25,799 nt of DNA from Fimicolochytrium jonesii (lineage: Eukaryota). The notes under the pieces are model-generated. The model was not told the origin of the DNA, did not search any database, and was given only the letters and a program-made list of their open reading frames with translations. The DNA is taken from contig NW_026515692.1 of NCBI RefSeq assembly GCF_025526975.1, forward strand, positions 434,001 through 459,799, in the 5' to 3' direction. A program made the translations under genes and the position numbers. Numbering within the stretch: the stretch's first letter is position 1; each line of letters opens with the position of its first letter. Below, piece after piece: positions 18,472 through 25,799 of the stretch.

Positions 18472-20074
18472 TTACAGGACTGTTCCGGGTTATGGGTTAT
18501 ATTTGGTGGTCCGGAAAGTGTCAAAAATAGGTGCTAGCAATGTTCAGGGGCGTCTTACTGTACTGTACATAAAATTTTGGGGCATGTTTTCCACTCAATG
18601 CTCCCGGAAAATCCGTTTTTCAGATTTTTTACTATGAAAATGTGACCAAAACGCATTTTCTGAAACTCTGAGTGGATGGAATTTGCTTAAAGTGGAATAT
18701 GTCTCAGAAAACATCCCCAAAAACATCTAGGAACCTTCATCTACTCTAGTATTCATCAACTCCTGGCACTTTTTGTTTCCAGGCAATATGGGGGTGTTCT
18801 CCAGTTGGCGGCGAATGACTCATTTTGGTTTGCTCTCAATTTGCTACATGTTCAAATCCTTTTGAGGCCCAAATACTTTCTTTTCTTCCACTGCTCCTCC
18901 TGATGGTGGAGGATGGCAAATGCCTTTTTGCATTGCAATACATGGATATGACAGGGTGTTTGTCAACCAGCAAATCATGCAAAAAGCATGCAGTGCATGT
19001 CCGTTTGCATGCACTATGTCATCCGCACCACCTTGGACACCTGAGGAAAGTTGTGCGGATTTGAAAGATAATATAGTTACGGAAGTGGAACCAGGGAGAT
19101 TCAATGACTATTGAAGGAGCTATGGCACACGTAAGTCCCCAGGGGTGGGACTTAGAGAATTTTCAAAGATTTTGGTGACTCATGGCGCAGGTTTGATTCT
19201 CAGAGGGGGCCAGGCCTTCTTTTCTTTTTTTCCTCCTTCAAAATGTCTTCAAATACGTCTAGCATTGCTTGACAGTGTCAGGAAACAATCAAAAAGCTGA
19301 GAAGTGCAGGTAAAAAGTGTTTTTGGCCGATCTACAAGCAAAACATGCGAAAAACCGGCGGTGCGTGTCCATTCGCATGCACTACATCATCCGTTCCACC
19401 TTGGCCATCCAAGGCAATGGTGCGGATTCAAAAGATAGTATAGGTACGGAAGGGCAACCAGGGAGATTCAATCACTATTGACAGAGCTATGGCACCCGCA
19501 AGCTCCAATGGGTGGGACTTAGAGAATTTTCGAAAATTTTGCATTTTGCGCCGTCTGGTTGACCTGACCAAACACAGGTAACATTCAACCGACAGACATT
19601 GGCATAGTGGCAAGTGCTAATGTTATCTGAACTAGTGCCCCAAGTTCCAACCCCGGTTTTGCTGGGGATACTTTTTTTTTTCTTTTTCCCGCGCCACCCG
19701 AAACACGATGTGGGCGTAACGAAAGTTGTAGCCAGATATATGTTCTCATAGTTAAAGTCATCTCAGATGTGCAATTAAGCTGTAAACGGCTGCAGAAAAT
19801 GCAAAAAACAAAATAGGATTGACGCTTTTCTCAAAATCCAACACCACCTGGAATGCATTAAAGCCAGTCCATACACATGTCCTTTACCTAGGAACCCCCT
19901 ACAGATGAATTCCCATAGTCCCCGGACACCCATAGCGCACTCTATACAACTCTACTATGCACGCATACTGGTTAGGGTTAGCCTGCGCCCTATCTGGCGA
20001 ATACGTTTTCAATGCATTTCATCGATGGCAAATAGCGCAGTTGCATAAGATACTCAATTCACAACCGAGGGTGC

Positions 20075-20599
20075 ATGGTTCAAACCTTGCGTTCGACACA
20101 ACAACAGAGGGATTTTTCCGGGGGCAAAATAAATATCACCATGCACCCATATCAATACGATGTGGACTGGATGGCGGTTACGATCAGTTTAACTGATCTT
20201 AACCAGCTGTTCGATAGGTCCACCATTGTCCAAATGGCGGGCGCTCGTCCGCCGTTCAAGGATGACCCATTCTATAAGGAATGGATTACGGTTGTGAGCC
20301 AACCGTTCATACTGAGCATCCCGCCGAGTCGGGGTGTTAGAGAGGGGATCATTGAGGGATTATATAGGGACCATGGAATAATTGTGCGGGGGAGTGACAG
20401 CCCTAATAGCACGATTCAGGGCAGACAGCATGTGGCGTTGGATACCCTGATTGGGACCTTGTCGGAATGCGTTGAAGGGGGAATGGTTAGGATAGTGCAG
20501 TACGGGATGAAGGCTTACTGGGAGACCATGGCAGCGAAGGATGCGGTCTACGAGAGTTCAGGGGGCCGGTCGAATACCTTCGACATAGGATTGATGATC
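20075..20599 (+). pseudogene. Truncated copy of the 545-aa ORF (codons 1-175)
   Basis: Same breakpoint GATGATC|C|TTAGGG as at 18338. Confidence 0.9.
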
Positions 20600-20600
20600 C

Positions 20601-20738
20601 TTAGGGTTAGGGTTAGGGTTAGGGTTAGGGTTAGGGTTAGGGTTAGGGTTAGGGTTAGGGTTAGGGTTAGGGTTAGGGTTAGGGTTAGGGTTAGGGTTAG
20701 GGTTAGGGTTAGGGTTAGGGTTAGGGTTAGGGTTAGGG
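20601..20738 (+). repeat. Interstitial telomeric tract (TTAGGG)23
   Basis: 138 nt of perfect repeat. Confidence 0.98.
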
Positions 20739-22341
20739 TTACAGGACTGTTCCGGGTTATGGGTTATATTTGGTGGTCCGGAAAGTGTCAAAAATAGGTG
20801 CTAGCAATGTTCAGGGGCGTCTTACTGTACTGTACATAAAATTTTGGGGCATGTTTTCCACTCAATGCTCCCGGAAAATCCGTTTTTCAGATTTTTTACT
20901 ATGAAAATGTGACCAAAACGCATTTTCTGAAACTCTGAGTGGATGGAATTTGCTTAAAGTGGAATATGTCTCAGAAAACATCCCCAAAAACATCTAGGAA
21001 CCTTCATCTACTCTAGTATTCATCAACTCCTGGCACTTTTTGTTTCCAGGCAATATGGGGGTGTTCTCCAGTTGGCGGCGAATGACTCATTTTGGTTTGC
21101 TCTCAATTTGCTACATGTTCAAATCCTTTTGAGGCCCAAATACTTTCTTTTCTTCCACTGCTCCTCCTGATGGTGGAGGATGGCAAATGCCTTTTTGCAT
21201 TGCAATACATGGATATGACAGGGTGTTTGTCAACCAGCAAATCATGCAAAAAGCATGCAGTGCATGTCCGTTTGCATGCACTATGTCATCCGCACCACCT
21301 TGGACACCTGAGGAAAGTTGTGCGGATTTGAAAGATAATATAGTTACGGAAGTGGAACCAGGGAGATTCAATGACTATTGAAGGAGCTATGGCACACGTA
21401 AGTCCCCAGGGGTGGGACTTAGAGAATTTTCAAAGATTTTGGTGACTCATGGCGCAGGTTTGATTCTCAGAGGGGGCCAGGCCTTCTTTTCTTTTTTTCC
21501 TCCTTCAAAATGTCTTCAAATACGTCTAGCATTGCTTGACAGTGTCAGGAAACAATCAAAAAGCTGAGAAGTGCAGGTAAAAAGTGTTTTTGGCCGATCT
21601 ACAAGCAAAACATGCGAAAAACCGGCGGTGCGTGTCCATTCGCATGCACTACATCATCCGTTCCACCTTGGCCATCCAAGGCAATGGTGCGGATTCAAAA
21701 GATAGTATAGGTACGGAAGGGCAACCAGGGAGATTCAATCACTATTGACAGAGCTATGGCACCCGCAAGCTCCAATGGGTGGGACTTAGAGAATTTTCGA
21801 AAATTTTGCATTTTGCGCCGTCTGGTTGACCTGACCAAACACAGGTAACATTCAACCGACAGACATTGGCATAGTGGCAAGTGCTAATGTTATCTGAACT
21901 AGTGCCCCAAGTTCCAACCCCGGTTTTGCTGGGGATACTTTTTTTTTTCTTTTTCCCGCGCCACCCGAAACACGATGTGGGCGTAACGAAAGTTGTAGCC
22001 AGATATATGTTCTCATAGTTAAAGTCATCTCAGATGTGCAATTAAGCTGTAAACGGCTGCAGAAAATGCAAAAAACAAAATAGGATTGACGCTTTTCTCA
22101 AAATCCAACACCACCTGGAATGCATTAAAGCCAGTCCATACACATGTCCTTTACCTAGGAACCCCCTACAGATGAATTCCCATAGTCCCCGGACACCCAT
22201 AGCGCACTCTATACAACTCTACTATGCACGCATACTGGTTAGGGTTAGCCTGCGCCCTATCTGGCGAATACGTTTTCAATGCATTTCATCGATGGCAAAT
22301 AGCGCAGTTGCATAAGATACTCAATTCACAACCGAGGGTGC

Positions 22342-23979
22342 ATGGTTCAAACCTTGCGTTCGACACAACAACAGAGGGATTTTTCCGGGGGCAAAATAAA
22401 TATCACCATGCACCCATATCAATACGATGTGGACTGGATGGCGGTTACGATCAGTTTAACTGATCTTAACCAGCTGTTCGATAGGTCCACCATTGTCCAA
22501 ATGGCGGGCGCTCGTCCGCCGTTCAAGGATGACCCATTCTATAAGGAATGGATTACGGTTGTGAGCCAACCGTTCATACTGAGCATCCCGCCGAGTCGGG
22601 GTGTTAGAGAGGGGATCATTGAGGGATTATATAGGGACCATGGAATAATTGTGCGGGGGAGTGACAGCCCTAATAGCACGATTCAGGGCAGACAGCATGT
22701 GGCGTTGGATACCCTGATTGGGACCTTGTCGGAATGCGTTGAAGGGGGAATGGTTAGGATAGTGCAGTACGGGATGAAGGCTTACTGGGAGACCATGGCA
22801 GCGAAGGATGCGGTCTACGAGAGTTCAGGGGGCCGGTCGAATACCTTCGACATAGGATTGATGATCAGGAGCATGGATATCCCGGTGCTGAGGGGACGAG
22901 ATGAGGCAGGGGATGAGACGTTCCCAATGTTCGGGCCCTTGGGGAAGGGATTTGGGAGTGTAAGCTTCGATGAGGGCCTAGTTTCAGTGACAGTGTACCC
23001 AAGAATCGTACATGCTCTCAAAGCCTACGCATCGAATATATCGATGAAGACTCCGAAGGTGATGAGGAGTTTGAGGGGACGGAAGGAAACCTTGGGGGGC
23101 CTGAGGCGATGGTTAAGAGGGAATATGGGGAAGTTGGGGGGAGTCAGGATTGAGGCTAGAGTGCAAGCCCCTACCGTAGCAGCGGCGATTAAGGTGGTGG
23201 AGGGCCTCAAGATCCTTGACCTTGAGACGGTGGTTGGAATCCTGGGAGAAGAATCGGTTCGACTAGTACAGGTGGAAGACTACCTTCGAAACCTGGATGA
23301 GATCTGGATAGCAGCAAAGGAGCGCGTATTCAGAGGCAGTCGAGACACCCAGGCGGTAACACCTGAGCAAGCCCAGCGATTCAGAGATGTGCTCAACGCT
23401 TTCGGGTTCAACCCAGGCTGGAGGAAAAGGCAGGCACCTACCATTACCAAAGATGGTGCCTGGTGGTTGAGCCCGGAGGCTGGGCTACCACCTGCGGTTG
23501 AGCAGGATCCCCGAGCGGAGTTGGAGGAGTTGTACAGTCAGTATGGGGCACAGCTTAGATGCGAATGTGGAGGAAGCATATTCCATAAGGTGGGGGGGAA
23601 GAAGGAGTTCAGATTGAGGTGCGCCAGATACACCCATGCATTGTGTAGTGAAACCTGGAGGGCAAACCAGATAAGGGATAGGATTGAGGAAGTGATTAGG
23701 GTACACCGGGAAGCTGAGGATAGGGAAGCTCAAGAGAGGGAGGCAGCCCAGCAGCGAGAGGCTGGAGATTCAGCAAGACGGGACCAAGTGGCAGAGGCCA
23801 AGGAGGATATCACAGCAAGGGCGAAGTTCAGGAAGCATAGTAGGGGGGAGCGGTGGAATTGGGTACGAGGTTCAGGATTAGTGGGAAGTACCTGGTATGG
23901 CAGCATAGAGGAATGTGTGGATGCAATCTGGGAGGAGTTTGGGGAGAATTGGGAGCAGCATGTAATGATACGATTGTAA
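22342..23979 (+). CDS. Second intact copy of the 545-aa protein
   Basis: Translation identical to 14984-16621. Confidence 0.85.
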   Translation: MVQTLRSTQQQRDFSGGKINITMHPYQYDVDWMAVTISLTDLNQLFDRSTIVQMAGARPPFKDDPFYKEWITVVSQPFILSIPPSRGVREGIIEGLYRDHGIIVRGSDSPNSTIQGRQHVALDTLIGTLSECVEGGMVRIVQYGMKAYWETMAAKDAVYESSGGRSNTFDIGLMIRSMDIPVLRGRDEAGDETFPMFGPLGKGFGSVSFDEGLVSVTVYPRIVHALKAYASNISMKTPKVMRSLRGRKETLGGLRRWLRGNMGKLGGVRIEARVQAPTVAAAIKVVEGLKILDLETVVGILGEESVRLVQVEDYLRNLDEIWIAAKERVFRGSRDTQAVTPEQAQRFRDVLNAFGFNPGWRKRQAPTITKDGAWWLSPEAGLPPAVEQDPRAELEELYSQYGAQLRCECGGSIFHKVGGKKEFRLRCARYTHALCSETWRANQIRDRIEEVIRVHREAEDREAQEREAAQQREAGDSARRDQVAEAKEDITARAKFRKHSRGERWNWVRGSGLVGSTWYGSIEECVDAIWEEFGENWEQHVMIRL

Positions 23980-25171
23980 TAGATTGACTACAAGTGTGTA
24001 ATACAATATCTGGGTAAACATGTGGGTGGAAATATTTTTGCTTCCCGTGAGAAGGTGTCTACTATACAACACTTCATCAGTTCAAACCGTACCACCTTGG
24101 ACACCCAAGAAAAGTTGTGCGGATTCAAAAGATGGTATAGTTATGGAAGTGGAACCAGGGAGATTCAATGACTATTGAACAAGCTATGGCACACGTAAGT
24201 TCCTAGGAGTGGGACTTAGCACAATTTGAGAAAACATATCAGAGGAACTGGAGAACACACTCCTGGGGACTTAGCAAATTGGCGCAGGTTCGATTCTCAG
24301 AGGGAGCAAGGCCTTCTTTTCTTTTTTTCTCCTTCAAAACATCTTCAAATGTGTCTAGGAGTCCTCAACAGTGTCAGGAAATGATCAAAAAGCTGAGAAG
24401 TGCAGGCAAAAAGTGTTTTTGGCCTGTCGACAAGCAAAATATGCGAAAAGCATGCGGTGCGTGTCCATTTGCATGCCCTACGTCATCCGTACCACCTTGG
24501 ACACCCAAAGAAAGTTGCGCGGATTCAAAAGATAGTATAGTTACGGAAGTGGAACCAGGGAGATTCAATCACTGTTGACAGAGCTATGGCACCCGCAAGC
24601 TCCAATGGGTGGGACTTAGAGAATTTTCGAAAATTTTGCATTTTGCGCCGTCTGGTTGACCCGACCAAACACAGGTAACATTCTACCGACAGACATTGGC
24701 ATAGTGGCAAGTGCTAATGTTATCTGAACTACTGCCCCAAGTTCCAACCCCGGTTTTGCTGGGGATACTTTTTTTTTTCTTTTTCCTGTGCCACCCGAAA
24801 CACGATGTGGGCGTAACGAAAGTTGTAGCCAGATATATGTTCTCATAGTTAAAGTCATCTCAGATGCGCAATTAAGCTGTAAACGGCTGCAGAAAATGCA
24901 AAAAACAAAATAGGATTGACGCTTTTCTCAAAATCCAACACCACCTGGAATGCATTAAAGCCAGTCCATACACATGTCCTTTACCTAGGAACCCCCTACA
25001 GATGAATTCCCATAGTCCCCGGACACCCATAGCGCACTCTATACAACTCTACTATGCACGCATACTGGTTAGGGTTAGCCTGCGCCCTATCTGGCGAATA
25101 CGTTTTCAATGCATTTCATCGATGGCAAATAGCGCAGTTGCATAAGATACTCAATTCACAACCGAGGGTGC

Positions 25172-25696
25172 ATGGTTCAAACCTTGCGTTCGACACAACA
25201 ACAGAGGGATTTTTCCAGGGGCAAAATAAATATCACCATGCACCCATATCAATACGATGTGGACTGGATGGCGGTTACGATCAGTTTAACTGATCTTAAC
25301 CAGCTGTTCGATAGGTCCACCATTGTCCAAATGGCGGGCGCTCGTCCGCCGTTCAAGGATGACCCATTCTATAAGGAATGGATTACGGTTGTGAGCCAAC
25401 CGTTCATACTGAGCATCCCGCCGAGTCGGGGTGTTAGAGAGGGGATCATTGAGGGATTATATAGGGACCATGGAATAATTGTGCGGGGGAGTGACAGCCC
25501 TAATAGCACGATTCAGGGCAGACAGCATGTGGCGTTGGATACCCTGATTGGGACCTTGTCGGAATGCGTTGAAGGGGGAATGGTTAGGATAGTGCAGTAC
25601 GGGATGAAGGCTTACTGGGAGACCATGGCAGCGAAGGATGCGGTCTACGAGAGTTCAGGGGGCCGGTCGAATACCTTCGACATAGGATTGATGATC
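25172..25696 (+). pseudogene. Truncated copy of the 545-aa ORF (codons 1-175; G16R)
   Basis: Same breakpoint; G>A at 25217. Confidence 0.9.
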
Positions 25697-25697
25697 C

Positions 25698-25799
25698 TTA
25701 GGGTTAGGGTTAGGGTTAGGGTTAGGTTAGGTAGGTTAGGGTTAGGGTTAGGGTTAGGGTTAGGGTTAGGGTAGGGTTAGGGTTAAGGACTGTTCCGGG
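25698..25799 (+). repeat. Telomeric tract with variant repeats, followed by the first bases of another unit
   Basis: TTAGGG with TTAGG/TAGG/TAGGG variants, then TTAAGGACTGTTCCGGG (unit start lacking one C). Confidence 0.9.

Larger units (their letters stand above)
18472..20738 (+). mobile_element. Telomere-associated repeat unit, short form (2267 bp)
   Basis: Equals the long unit minus one 2830-bp internal period plus one extra TTAGGG. Confidence 0.85.
20739..25782 (+). mobile_element. Telomere-associated repeat unit, long form, copy 2
   Basis: Offset 7358 from copy 1; ORF translations are identical except for one SNP at 25217. Confidence 0.85.

Noticed and set aside
18297..18524. Poly-NP ORFs on the minus strand (also 20558-20791)
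   Set aside because: Translation of CCCTAA repeats, not a supported gene.
25720..25790. Variant telomere repeats (TTAGG, TAGG, TAGGG) and a missing C at the unit start
   Set aside because: All are single-base deletions clustered at the sequence end; most likely low-coverage consensus errors.

Overview
Eukaryotic subtelomere with TTAGGG telomeres and short GT-AG introns (fungus- or protist-like; the host cannot be named from sequence). The G-rich telomere strand is +, so the chromosome end lies to the right. Left half (1-13380): a spliced hypothetical gene; a 7-exon tyrosine recombinase gene (2726-5600, about 767 aa) whose 3' half is tandemly duplicated (1111-bp period); a 45-bp minisatellite; a cluster of compact, mostly intronless accessory or virus-like ORFs (DUF4240-like, coiled-coil, SINA/SIAH-type RING ligase, T5orf172/Mug113 GIY-YIG-like) with shared upstream motifs; and a truncated CRESS-virus-like SF3 helicase fragment. 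Right half (13381-25799): a head-to-tail array (5091 bp, 2267 bp, about 5.04 kb, start of another unit) separated by interstitial (TTAGGG)n tracts. Each long unit has one intact 545-aa ORF and one copy cut at the same base by telomere addition. The 545-aa protein has no RT, DDE or HUH signature I can see, but its motif order suggests a Rep_trans-type rolling-circle initiator plus a Zn ribbon. This is an inference needing profile or structure confirmation, and it is the best candidate for an undescribed telomere-associated element.
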